Source: an uncultured Dehalococcoidales bacterium
GTDB lineage: Bacteria > Chloroflexota > Dehalococcoidia > GIF9 > AB-539-J10
DNA length: 57,832 nt
NCBI GenBank assembly: GCA_964578745.1
Contig: CAZODZ010000004.1
Coordinates: 1 to 57,832, forward strand
Direction of reading: 5' to 3'
This document shows, in pieces, positions 32,678-42,697 of this stretch. Under the pieces are notes generated by a model. That model worked only from the letters and a program-made list of their open reading frames with translations. It did not search any database and was not told the DNA's origin. The position numbers and the translations under genes were made by a program. Numbering within the stretch: the stretch's first letter is position 1; each line of letters starts with the position of its first letter.

Positions 32678-32709
32678 GGCCCTGTTCCCTGGAGGAACGG
32701 GGCCTTTTT
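32678..32709 (+). terminator. Intrinsic terminator between promoter and ppdK
   Basis: 11-bp stem GGCCCUGUUCC/GGAACGGGGCC, 5-nt loop, UUUUU. Confidence 0.75.
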
Positions 32710-32824
32710 CCGTTTTGTACAGGCAGACCCTCCTCCTACACAAGGAAGGTGTGCATTGCCGCATCGAAGCTTGCTGGATGCAACCGGTTGATTTCCGGGG
32801 CCACACGCCCCGTCGGGAGGTCTG

Positions 32825-35518
32825 ATGTCGACGAAGTACGTCTATTCGTTTGGTAACGGAACCGCCGAGGGCAGAGCCGATCTCAAAGACCTGCTCGGAG
32901 GCAAGGGGGCAAACCTTGCGGAAATGGCACGCATGGGCGTGCCGGTCCCGCCTGGCTTCACCATTATCTCGGACGCGTGTAATGAGTACCTTAACAATAA
33001 CAACACCATACCTGAAGCGCTGAGAGAGCAGGTAGAGGCAGCCCTGAAGCATCTTGAGACCACATCCGGAAACGTATTCGGAGACATGGACAATCCTCTC
33101 CTGCTGTCCGTGCGTTCAGGCGCCCGTATTTCGATGCCGGGAATGATGGATACCATTCTTGACCTCGGGCTGAACGAGGACTCGGTACGAGGCTTGGCGA
33201 AGAAGACCGGCAACCCTCGCTTCGCGTGGGACAGCTACCGCCGTCTCATTAAGATGTATGCGAATGTCGTGCTTGGCGTGCCGGATGCGGTGTTGAATAA
33301 CGTCGAGAACCAGATGAGGCACGAGCGGAATGTTCAGCTCGACAGCGAACTCCCGGCCGAGGACCTTCCGATTGTCGTGCATATGCTGCTTGAGGAAGTG
33401 GCGAAGTTCACGGGCAGGGAGTTCCCGCTCGAACCCCATGAGCAGCTCTGGACAGCCATTGAGGCCGTATTCCGATCGTGGAACAACCCGAGGGCCATTG
33501 CGTACCGCGAGATGAACGAGATCTCCCACGAGCTCGGAACTGCCGTCACAGTGCAGATGATGGTGTTCGGAAACATGGGCGAGGACAGCGGCACAGGAGT
33601 GGCCTTCTCCCGCGACCCGTCAACAGGCGCCAAGGTACTCACCGGCGAGTTCCTTCTGAACGCGCAGGGTGAAGACATCGTCGCCGGAACCTCCACCCCC
33701 CGTCCCGTTGCAGAGCTGCGCGAGAAGATGCCCAAAGTGTACGAACAGCTTGAGACGACAGCACGCCGGCTTGAAAAACACTTCAGGGACATCCAGGATA
33801 TCGAGTTCACTGTCCAGAACGGCAAGCTCTGGATACTGCAGACCCGCGCCGGCAAGCGCGCCGCGCAGGCGTCCATCAAGGTAGCGACCGACCTTACCCG
33901 AGAACGCGTGCTGGGAGCAACCGAAGCGTTTCTGCGCATTACGCCTCAGCAACTGGAGCAGGTGCTGCATCCGATCATCGACCCGGCTGCTAAGAGAGAA
34001 GTCGTCGCCTACGGACTTCCAGCATCACCGGGGGCAGCGTCAGGGCGCGTAGCATTCAATCCGGACGAACTGATCGAGATGCAGGCCAAGGACCACGGCG
34101 ACTACATTCTCGTCCGCGGCGAGACATCCGCGGATGACATCCGCGGCATCAATGCCGCTGTCGGAATCCTCACCACACGAGGAGGAATCACCTCTCACGC
34201 AGCTGTCGTCGCACGTGGCATGGGCAAGTGCTGCGTCGTCGGCGCCTCATCAATCGACATCCACGAGGACAAGGACGAGTTCATCATCGGCAATCGCATT
34301 GTGACCAAGGGCGACTGGATCACCATCGACGGCACGACCGGAGAGGTCATGATCGGCCGGCTTCCCACAGTCCGGCCGGAACTCAGCAACGAATTCCAGG
34401 AACTGATGCTGTGGGCCGACCTTGTAAAGCAGATGGGTGTCATGACAAACGCAGACACGGCCACGGACGCCCGTGTGGCACGTAATTTCGGTGCCGAGGG
34501 CATCGGGCTCTGCCGTACAGAACACATGTTTTTCCAGCAGGACCGTATCGATCACTTCCGGAAGGCTATCCTTGCACAGGAGCCTGCCGAGCGAAAAGAG
34601 GCTCTCGAGACACTACTGCCTTTCCAGAAGACCGACTTTCTCGATATCTTCCGGGTGATGGAAGGGTTACCGGTAACGGTCAGGCTCCTCGACCCGCCGT
34701 TGCATGAGTTCCTGCCGCTGCCACACGATGAGGAAGAGCTCACCGCTCTTTCGAAACGACTTCATCTTCCATACAGAAGAGTCAGAGAGCGGGTCCACTC
34801 CCTCGAACAGTTCAATCCCATGCTCGGGCACCGCGGCTGCCGCCTCGGCGTCACCTTCCCCGAGATCTACGAGATGCAGGTCAGGGCCATCATGGAAGCT
34901 GCGTACGAACTGATCTGCCAGGGAGTGACCGTACTGCCCGAAATCATGCTACCCTTCATCAGCTCGGAAGAAGAGCTGGCCCTACTGAGGGAACTCGTGT
35001 TCGACACAGCAGAGAAGGTCCGTGTCGAGATGAATTTCCCCGAGCCAAGTTTCAAATTCGGCATCATGATTGAGCTGCCGAGGGCCGCACTTATTGCCGA
35101 CCGGCTGGCACCATACTGCCACTTCTTCTCCTTCGGAACAAACGATCTTACGCAGTCGACCTTCGGCTACAGCCGCGACGATATCGGCACGTTCCTGCCA
35201 GCATACGTGGCACGTGGCATCCTCAAGAAGGACCCGTTTGCGACAATCGACCGCGCGGCCGTCGGCGAACTGATGCGCACGTGTGTCGAGCGAGGTCGCC
35301 GCACAAACACCGAACTGAAGATAGGAGTATGCGGAGAACATGGCGGCGACCCGGAGTCGGTCAAGTTCTTCCACCAGATTGGTGTCGATTACGTGAGCTG
35401 CTCGCCGTACCGTGTGCCGGTTGCCCGCTTCGCCGCGTCACAGGCCGCCATATTCACCAAACGGGAGAGCAACGGGGGCACTCCACGAAGTATGCTGATG
35501 CCCCCCGTTTCCACGTAG
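32825..35518 (+). CDS. ppdK: Pyruvate, phosphate dikinase
   Basis: GGKGANL, SVRSGA, TSHAAVV (phospho-His), GLCRTEHMF, GTNDL, GVCGEHGG. Confidence 0.98.
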   Translation: MSTKYVYSFGNGTAEGRADLKDLLGGKGANLAEMARMGVPVPPGFTIISDACNEYLNNNNTIPEALREQVEAALKHLETTSGNVFGDMDNPLLLSVRSGARISMPGMMDTILDLGLNEDSVRGLAKKTGNPRFAWDSYRRLIKMYANVVLGVPDAVLNNVENQMRHERNVQLDSELPAEDLPIVVHMLLEEVAKFTGREFPLEPHEQLWTAIEAVFRSWNNPRAIAYREMNEISHELGTAVTVQMMVFGNMGEDSGTGVAFSRDPSTGAKVLTGEFLLNAQGEDIVAGTSTPRPVAELREKMPKVYEQLETTARRLEKHFRDIQDIEFTVQNGKLWILQTRAGKRAAQASIKVATDLTRERVLGATEAFLRITPQQLEQVLHPIIDPAAKREVVAYGLPASPGAASGRVAFNPDELIEMQAKDHGDYILVRGETSADDIRGINAAVGILTTRGGITSHAAVVARGMGKCCVVGASSIDIHEDKDEFIIGNRIVTKGDWITIDGTTGEVMIGRLPTVRPELSNEFQELMLWADLVKQMGVMTNADTATDARVARNFGAEGIGLCRTEHMFFQQDRIDHFRKAILAQEPAERKEALETLLPFQKTDFLDIFRVMEGLPVTVRLLDPPLHEFLPLPHDEEELTALSKRLHLPYRRVRERVHSLEQFNPMLGHRGCRLGVTFPEIYEMQVRAIMEAAYELICQGVTVLPEIMLPFISSEEELALLRELVFDTAEKVRVEMNFPEPSFKFGIMIELPRAALIADRLAPYCHFFSFGTNDLTQSTFGYSRDDIGTFLPAYVARGILKKDPFATIDRAAVGELMRTCVERGRRTNTELKIGVCGEHGGDPESVKFFHQIGVDYVSCSPYRVPVARFAASQAAIFTKRESNGGTPRSMLMPPVST

Positions 35519-35569
35519 TCACAGCGTGAGCGCCGAGCCGTCCTGAAAGGCGGGTGAGGGATAGGCATA

Positions 35570-36328
35570 TCAATGAGGAGCAGCACCCTTCTTCGATACC
35601 CGTGTGACAGTCGCCGACCATATGAACTGCTCCACTTCCTCACTGGAACGGGACTTTGACGGGTCAAAGCGCTCCCAGTGAACGATACCCTCCAGGGGCC
35701 TGCGCACATGTCCGCGCTCACGCGCGGCCCACAGCGCGGCAGCACGGCTGCCTTCAACCTCATCGGCGTAACCGAGCGGAACCAGGTGGTCAATTGTAAA
35801 ATGCTCCGGCACACCCAGCAGCCTCCGTATCTCTACCTCGCCGGGGCCACCCTGTAGAGTTCCCCATGCCGTGCCAAGGCCGAGGCTGGCAGCCGCGAGC
35901 TGCAGCCCGTAGGCACATATCGCGAGGCTCTGCCTGAGGAGAACGTTGCCTCTCAATACAGACGGATACGAAGGAAGCAGGCGCCTGTCACCCAGGATTA
36001 TGATCAACACCGGCGCCTGATACAGGAACGGCTGCACCGAGATATTCCATTCGAACGTGGGGTCCTTCTTGCGCGCGTCATGAAACAGAGAGACACTTGC
36101 TCGCGCAATACGCTGGCGCATTTCCACGTCGGTGACAACGACGAACTCCCACGGCTGACTGTTCGCCGCAGAAGGCGACAGCCGGGCTACCTCAAGCACT
36201 TTCTCGACGAGAGGACGAGGTACCGGCGTCGGCAAGAAGCGGCGGGTGCTGCGACGGCGCCGAACTATCGCGTGCAGAACGTCATATTCTGTCTCAACGG
36301 CGGCGTCAGCTTCAAGACCATCCATCAT
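35570..36328 (-). CDS. Nitroreductase family protein
   Basis: RRRSTRRF, SPSAANSQPWEF, LGY. Confidence 0.9.
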   Translation of the reverse strand: MMDGLEADAAVETEYDVLHAIVRRRRSTRRFLPTPVPRPLVEKVLEVARLSPSAANSQPWEFVVVTDVEMRQRIARASVSLFHDARKKDPTFEWNISVQPFLYQAPVLIIILGDRRLLPSYPSVLRGNVLLRQSLAICAYGLQLAAASLGLGTAWGTLQGGPGEVEIRRLLGVPEHFTIDHLVPLGYADEVEGSRAAALWAARERGHVRRPLEGIVHWERFDPSKSRSSEEVEQFIWSATVTRVSKKGAAPH

Positions 36329-36762
36329 TGCGCCTCATGCCAGGGGCAGAAGGGCCAGTTTCCGCTGTCCAGAAAGGAACACTCTACTCCAGGCCACCCA
36401 GGCTGTGCCACTGTGCCCGTTCCCGGTCGAGCTTCCTTCCTTTCGTTTCTGTTCTGTTTCTGTTCTTCCTGCTGGCGATCAAGCTCGTCCTGCCTGCTCC
36501 AGACGAGGTTCTGTGCCTCAGAGAGAAGCTTGAACTGAGCGTCCCTTGTCAATTCGCCCTTCCTGAGTTCCCGGCTGATTGCACTGTATTCAACCGGGTA
36601 CCGCTTCACAAGTTGCTCATGAAGGAGCCACGCCGCGCCTGTCTTCGGGCCACCGTGGAGAACGATGCGCTCGATAGCCATGAGTTCCTGGATATACCGG
36701 CTGGTCCTCCCAGCGCGTTCCGCGAAGGCGCTGCTGCACGAATCGAGTCTTGATGCTGCCAT
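36325..36762 (-). CDS. Hypothetical protein
   Basis: Stop overlaps nitroreductase ATG; helical core, C-terminal CSFLDSGNWPFCPWH. Confidence 0.55.
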   Translation of the reverse strand: MAASRLDSCSSAFAERAGRTSRYIQELMAIERIVLHGGPKTGAAWLLHEQLVKRYPVEYSAISRELRKGELTRDAQFKLLSEAQNLVWSRQDELDRQQEEQKQNRNERKEARPGTGTVAQPGWPGVECSFLDSGNWPFCPWHEAQ

Positions 36763-36771
36763 AATCCGGCA

Positions 36772-37170
36772 TCACCGCCTCCCGCCGACATCCCTCCACC
36801 CTGCCATCTTCAGAAGGCCACCCTCCGATATGAGATAGCGGAGCTCCAGCTTCAATCTCAATCGTGAGTTCCACACAGCCTTTTCACCGCGCTCTTCGAT
36901 AAGTTCCCGTGTCCACTCGCGCACAACATCCTTCTCCTGCTCTGTCAGGCCCAGAGGTTCGATGTTGCCAAGATACGCAAGAGGGCCCGCTGATGAATCA
37001 GGAAAGGGCAGCCCCCTGTCGGCAGCATCAAGCGTCTTCGCAAATTGCTCACTCAGAATACCACCATGCCCTGAGGCATCCCGTCGCAGTTGCTCACGAT
37101 GTTCAGGATCACGCGGCATCCCGGCAACCGGAACCGCCCTCCCTGGAGAGGATTTGCCCACCATTGACAT
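36772..37170 (-). CDS. Hypothetical protein
   Basis: Co-oriented, stop 9 bp before next start; helical C-terminus; start uncertain. Confidence 0.5.
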   Translation of the reverse strand: MSMVGKSSPGRAVPVAGMPRDPEHREQLRRDASGHGGILSEQFAKTLDAADRGLPFPDSSAGPLAYLGNIEPLGLTEQEKDVVREWTRELIEERGEKAVWNSRLRLKLELRYLISEGGLLKMAGWRDVGGRR

Positions 37171-37315
37171 TCGGTTCAACAGGCGACTGATACCCTCTCT
37201 GAATCTCACGACTCGGGCTCCTTCCACCGCCGACATCACTACGTCAGCGCACGGCGCACACATTGCTCGAAATTCTACCACAGGGAGATTCCGACCATTT
37301 CGTGCTGTACGCAGC

Positions 37316-37860
37316 AGCGGCATGGACGGCCTGAAAGTATGCAAGCAACTGAGGAAGTCGTCCAACATCCCGATCATCATGATTGATTAAGGCCAGGGAT
37401 GAAGAGGCCAGCGGCGTTATCGGTCTGGAGATAGGCGCCGACGATCATGTGACCAAACCATTCAGTCCACGCGAGGTCGTCGCCAGGGTGAAGGCCATTC
37501 TGCGCAGAAGAGACACCTCGACCACCGACATACGTCCGCTCTCCATCAACAGCCTCACACTTGACGTGGCTAGGCACACCGTTACGTACAGAGGGAAACC
37601 GCTGCCTTTGACCTCCCGCGAATTCGCAATCGTCGAGTACCTTGCCTGCAACCCCGAGAGGGTGGTCTATTCCCGTACCCAGTTACTGGACCACGTTTTT
37701 CGGCATCGATTTTGAGGGCTATGAGCGCACAATCGATGCGCATATCAAGAAAACATAAGGCAGAAGATTATGGAGGTGAGCGGCGAATCATCTACGCCTC
37801 TCGCCACTGTACGCGGTGTCGGCTACAAGCTGGAGTCTGGAGATGCTCAGCCTCAGGCTG
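37316..37860 (+). pseudogene. OmpR-family response regulator remnant
   Basis: Fragments MDGLKVCKQLR..PIIM / GADDHVTKPFSPRE / LTSREF / RTIDAHIK / TVRGVGYK in shifting frames; N-terminus missing. Confidence 0.85.
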
Positions 37861-37995
37861 AGGCTCAGTCTTGTGTTCGTGCCGGTAGCATTGGTTGCGA
37901 TTCTCATTGTCGCATTGCTCGTGCACAACACTGTCCGTTCTGATTTCCACATCTACTGCGCAAACCTGTGCGAGATGGCGCATCGAAGCCGTTGA
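37843..37995 (+). pseudogene. N-terminal stub of a sensor histidine kinase
   Basis: MLSLRLRLSLVFVPVALVAILIVALLVHN (first TM) directly after the RR remnant, truncated at 50 aa. Confidence 0.5.
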
Positions 37996-38693
37996 CCCGC
38001 GCATCAACGTCACTCACGTGGGAGCCATCCTGACACAGGAACTCGAGGGCAACGAAGAGGCACGCAGGCTGCTCGACCAGTTGCTGGCGAATGCGGATGT
38101 GTACGCGGGGATGCGCATCCCTCCCCGATTGTTCGAACGAGCACCGAACCTCAAGTGGGTGCGGTAACGCAGGCCGGTTCGGCAAGCGGATTGCACGCGT
38201 CGCCAAAGCGTTTGACATGTGGGTCATTGCCACACGAAGGACCGCGTCGAAACCTGCGAGGTCGTGCTGGGCTGACCTCATCCTGCCGGTAGACAATCTT
38301 AACCGTCTGCTCGCTGAGAGCGACTTTGTCATCGCAGCCGTGCCGCTGACTCCCGGGACATACCACTTCGTGGGTCGACGCCAGTTCAAGCAAATGAAAC
38401 GGGAGGCATTCTTTGTAAACGTCGCGCCCGGTCCCGTCGTGGATGAGCAGGCGCTCGCGGACGCGCTGACCGAGGGTACAATTGCAGCAGCGGCACTCGA
38501 CGTCTTCGAGATAGAACCACTAACACAGGACAGTCCGCTGTGGGCAATCCCCAACCTCATCTACAGTCCGCACATCGCCGGTTACATAGAGACCTACGCC
38601 GACATGGTGCAGGACCTGTTCATTCGAAATCTTGAGCGCTACGTGCGCGGGGAGAAGCCCGCCGGCGTCATCAACAAGAAGAGAGACTACTGA
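37965..38693 (+). pseudogene. D-2-hydroxyacid dehydrogenase remnant
   Basis: APNLKWV fragment, then out-of-frame jump to GRFGKRIA; VNVAPG, ALDVF, SPHIAG; middle deleted. Confidence 0.8.
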
Positions 38694-39328
38694 AGCTCTG
38701 GGACCGTCCACTGTGGATGACCGCCGGGGAAGCTGGTTCCTCTTGTCTGCCTCTCCCCTTCTTAATTGCATCGTCGCCGAAGTCATTCCCGACAGGAGCT
38801 ACGGCAACGCCCTGCCATCCGGCTTCCACACATCCTCGCGGACTGCATATACGGCCACGGTCACCACTCCTGGCACATGGCAATGCCTGTGTCCGTCACA
38901 GGAGACAACTGGCTGGAGAACCCGAGTCTGCAGCCATGACCGCTCCAGTGGTGGCGTAGAGCCACAGCGGTGACAGCTCCCGAGCGCCCTCATGATGCCA
39001 TCAGCGTTCACCGGAGCCTTTCCTGTGCCAGCCGAGCCACGGATCACATTCAGAATACTGCCTGCGCACCAGGCCGCAGCCATACGCTTCTGAGGTTTGC
39101 TCAACAAGGCAGACAGCCTCAAACGATGGTGCGAATTGCGCGACTGGATAGAGACGAGAAAGCCGGGACCGGTCAGGCCACGGGCATATGCGGACTACAG
39201 CCCGTCGAGGATACCACCGTCTCTCAGGCGCAACAGACTGCTGGTGCAGACAAGCCCGACGTCACACGTTTGACAGTGTACAGGACATCGCAGTAGAGTG
39301 ACGACTACAAAGGAGGTGTTCAGTAGAC

Positions 39329-39676
39329 ATGCGCACATGGAAGCCAGCCGCAGCCGGAGTGCTGGAACTCATTGCAGGCAGCTTCCAAATTGTCGGAGGA
39401 GCAGCGCTCATCCTCTTCAGTGGAGCAGTCGCCGCAGGGTTGCCGTTCTGCTGGCCGAACAGGATGGGGCCGGAGCTGCCGGTCCCGCTGATAGCCGGAG
39501 TCGGGCTCCCCATGGTGCTTCTGGGTATTGTCGCGATTGTGGGAGGCATCGTTGCGCTGAAGCGCCGCGCATGGGGCCTTGCTCTCGCGGGAGGCATTTG
39601 CGCCCTGTTCCCACCGTATACGTTGCTGGGCATTGTGGCTATTGTGTTTGTTGCACTATCAAAGGATGAGTTTTGA
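39329..39676 (+). CDS. Small membrane protein, paralog 1 of 3
   Basis: TWKPAAAGVL...GGIVALKRRAWGLALAG...DEF; AAGGAGG RBS. Confidence 0.8.
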   Translation: MRTWKPAAAGVLELIAGSFQIVGGAALILFSGAVAAGLPFCWPNRMGPELPVPLIAGVGLPMVLLGIVAIVGGIVALKRRAWGLALAGGICALFPPYTLLGIVAIVFVALSKDEF

Positions 39677-39710
39677 ACGCTGAACGACGATTGCGGGGGA
39701 TAGAGCCATA

Positions 39711-40079
39711 ATGGAGAACCACGCGAAAAAGACCTGGAAATCCACTACCGCCGGTGTGCTGAGCATAGTCGCAGGTTCTCTCACGATCGGCCTTGGTCTG
39801 CTTGTTGCACTGTCCGGCAGCATACTGTCGGGCATCTTGGCCGCGGTCGAAGTGCCCAGAATCGCGTTCCTCATCCCCTTGCCGGTGTTTGGCATCCTGG
39901 CTGCACCACTTGTTGTCCTCGGAACCATAGCCATCATCGGCGGAGTACAGGCGATAAAGCGCACATCATGGCCGCTGGCGCTTGCGGGCGCAATATGCGC
40001 TCTGGTGCCGCCACCGGTAGGCATCCTCGGCGTGCTTGCAATCGTGTTCGTCGTTCTGGGCAGAGATGAGTTCGCTTAG
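39711..40079 (+). CDS. Small membrane protein, paralog 2 of 3
   Basis: TWKSTTAGVL...GGVQAIKRTSWPLALAG...DEF. Confidence 0.8.
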   Translation: MENHAKKTWKSTTAGVLSIVAGSLTIGLGLLVALSGSILSGILAAVEVPRIAFLIPLPVFGILAAPLVVLGTIAIIGGVQAIKRTSWPLALAGAICALVPPPVGILGVLAIVFVVLGRDEFA

Positions 40080-40109
40080 ACTGTGTGCTGCATTGCTGGA
40101 GGTAGGTTG

Positions 40110-40535
40110 ATGGAGAAGACTTGGAAACCTGTCGCCGCCGGTATCCTCTCAATAGTAGGTGGTGCGTTTAACATCCTGGTTTCGATGGCTGTGGCCTTGT
40201 TCGTGCCCATTACGGCCCGGATGGAGACGGCCGTTACCTCGGCTGGATTCATCGGCGCTCTCTTTCTCGGCACGGGTGTCGTTGCACTCATCGGGGGCAT
40301 AAGCGCCATCCGCCGAAAGCGCTGGGGGCTGTCTCTTGCAGGTGCCATTTGCGCGATCACGCCCCCTTCCTCTCCTCTCGGGATCCTCAGCACGGTGTTC
40401 GTAGCAATGTCGCGCGACGAATTCGAGGGCTCTGGGGAGCCAGGTGTGCAGACAGGCGGGGCCGGAGAGGGAAGCCATGCGCCGCCATGCAAACCAGACT
40501 TGAGCATACCCAGCGAGGGCGAGCGCAACGCCTGA
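40110..40535 (+). CDS. Small membrane protein, paralog 3 of 3 (C-terminal extension)
   Basis: TWKPVAAGIL...GGISAIRRKRWGLSLAG...DEF; GGAGG RBS. Confidence 0.8.
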   Translation: MEKTWKPVAAGILSIVGGAFNILVSMAVALFVPITARMETAVTSAGFIGALFLGTGVVALIGGISAIRRKRWGLSLAGAICAITPPSSPLGILSTVFVAMSRDEFEGSGEPGVQTGGAGEGSHAPPCKPDLSIPSEGERNA

Positions 40536-41102
40536 GCACAGCACCTGCTGTGCAAGACAATCCGGCAGCAACTACCAGAGATACCACGCGGGCTCACCAG
40601 TGCGTCGGGTACGATGGCATGGGAAACGATCAGCTCGCATCCTGCCAGTGCAAGCCGATACCATGCATGAGATGAACCGGTCACACGGCGAGCAGCGAGG
40701 CAGGAAGACCGGATGAAACACCTGCCACGACTCCGGGCATCACGCGCACGGCCGTCCAGGGGGTCCGACCGCCTTCCAGAAACACGGAGCGCATCAGCAG
40801 CAGCCACGCTGCCTGTCGCCATGGTAGAAGACAACCGCGGGGATGTTATCGAAGACATCGACAAGGTACCGCTGAGGGACCACAGGTCAGGCGGGCCAGC
40901 TCACGTGCGCGATACACGCGCGCCAAGCAGCCCCTCTCACAGGCTGGCGCGACCGTGGTAGCGCCGGTGATGCACATACGCGTCCAAACCAGTCCCCGCC
41001 ACCCTGGGGAAACAGCCTGCGGCAAAGGTCGCGGCTCTCGCGCCGGAGCCGACATCTGTGCCCTCACCACTCTCCCCCCACACCATCACACATCCGGTCG
41101 GC

Positions 41103-41597
41103 TCAGTCGTTTGCAGTCGGGAACGGCGGTCTGTTGCGAACACGTCGGTCTTTCAGTGCTCTATCGCGCAGCTTGATCAGCGTCCGCATCAATTGACCTC
41201 TTTCACTGTCCTCAAGCGAGGAAAGTATCTGCTTGACAGACTCTCGTTTGAATGTCATGTCGCAGATGTGCCGTCCTTTGTCCGTGAGCACAATTGCCAC
41301 AGCGTTCTTCCGCTCAGGGTCAGGCTCACGGCGCAGCAGCCCGTCGCGTTCCATCCTGGAGAGCAACCCTGAAATCGAGTGCGGTTCACGCACCAGCCAC
41401 CGTGCAATCTCGGCCGGCCGCGCCCGACCTCCGAGCGTGTGAATAACGAACATCACGCCCGACTGTACGGTTGACACACCGTACTGCTCGAGTTCAAGTT
41501 CCCTCGCCTTGAAGATGGCATTCCGTGTCTGCTCCAACAGCAGCCACAGGGCCTGATCCCTGTCATCGCAACGGTACGTCTTCTTGGGAATGGACAT
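41103..41597 (-). CDS. MarR family transcriptional regulator
   Basis: wHTH: EIARWLVREPHSISGLLSRMERDGLL...LTDKG. Confidence 0.9.
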   Translation of the reverse strand: MSIPKKTYRCDDRDQALWLLLEQTRNAIFKARELELEQYGVSTVQSGVMFVIHTLGGRARPAEIARWLVREPHSISGLLSRMERDGLLRREPDPERKNAVAIVLTDKGRHICDMTFKRESVKQILSSLEDSERGQLMRTLIKLRDRALKDRRVRNRPPFPTAND

Positions 41598-41600
41598 GTT

Positions 41601-41610
41601 CCCCCCCCCC
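41601..41610. repeat. C10/G10 homopolymer at the MarR ribosome-binding position
   Basis: Ten consecutive C on + strand, 4-13 nt upstream of ATG 41597. Confidence 0.9.
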
Positions 41611-41734
41611 GATACAAAAGGATACACCCCATCACGGGCAACAGAAGGTCCCCGCGAACACGGGGCGCTGGTCGCATTCTAGCAGAGGCGCTTCGCCTGT
41701 TCCAACATAAAGGATGGTCGTCTACGACTATTGC

Positions 41735-42274
41735 TCAACGGGTCATCTCACGTATCATCTGTCTTACACGCGCAACAGCATCAGGTTCGCCCACAAACCT
41801 GCCCGCGTCATCAACGGTTACATTCCAGAAACGTCTCAACCCTTCGACACACGCGGGCTTGTACGGCCCCGCTGCCCACTCCCGGCAGGATTCCGGCCTC
41901 ACAGTGTAAACGCTGCACAGTGCAAACCGTTCGTCTGGCTGCCTTTCCAGAAACACACAGGCTCCATTCTCGTGCCGAATCAGATAGCTCCTCGGATCGG
42001 GCCACCTCGGTTCACAATATCGACCAACCCAGTCGTACAGGTCCATCCCCATGTACGTTGCCAGCCTGCACGCCTCCGCCCTGCTTATTCGCACGTGGTA
42101 GATGCCGCAGCACACGCCGCATCTGATACACGGCAGGTCAAGTGCTTCAGGGGCTGCGTCAATCAGCCTGTCCGGTACAGAACCCGTGTCCCGTTCAGGA
42201 ATATCAGCCACCTGGCCGCGCGCCTCACTCATTTCGCGTTCGTTCGCCTCCTCAGACTTTCCAGTGAGCGACAT
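41735..42274 (-). CDS. YkgJ family cysteine-cluster protein
   Basis: CIRCGVCC, CVFL, CSVYTVRPESC. Confidence 0.88.
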   Translation of the reverse strand: MSLTGKSEEANEREMSEARGQVADIPERDTGSVPDRLIDAAPEALDLPCIRCGVCCGIYHVRISRAEACRLATYMGMDLYDWVGRYCEPRWPDPRSYLIRHENGACVFLERQPDERFALCSVYTVRPESCREWAAGPYKPACVEGLRRFWNVTVDDAGRFVGEPDAVARVRQMIREMTR

Positions 42275-42697
42275 AGTATAGCGCCAGCCGGATCGCACTC
42301 ACAGGGGAAACCCTTGTATCCCCCAGGCTGCGCGAGGAGGAGCAGGATGGAATATGCAGAGGGGCTCAGCCACGGCTGGCACAGCACAGGCAGCAAAGGA
42401 CTCCGGGGCGACAGTCAAGGTTAGAACCTGCATGACTTCCAGACAACCCCCATCAAGACAGACCAGCCACTGGCCGGCATCGCCCACCGGAGGATTCCTG
42501 GATTGTGGGCCTGGTTGTCTCGCGCCATACAATGGCATCTTGTTTCAGGCCAGGTCGAAACAGAAGCTGCCCCTCACCTCAGGTTGGCACCGATCAGAGC
42601 CAGAAGCACATGGATACCGGTTTGGCATCCTTGACCACACATACGTGACCACCTAGAATACCGCTCGCGCGTCTCTACGCGGAAGGCCGCCTCGCTC

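Noticed and set aside
38799-39122. ORF containing GSAGTGK, Walker A-like
   Set aside because: Lacks the following T/S and any Walker B; likely chance
40590-40900. Minus frame with TGA next to Cys (GCC*CAPC), possible selenoprotein
   Set aside because: No start or SECIS identified; TGA is common in GC-rich non-coding frames
42347-42656. Faint resemblance to a family III CoA-transferase N-terminus after a strong RBS
   Set aside because: Needs frameshifts and the similarity is too weak to support by eye
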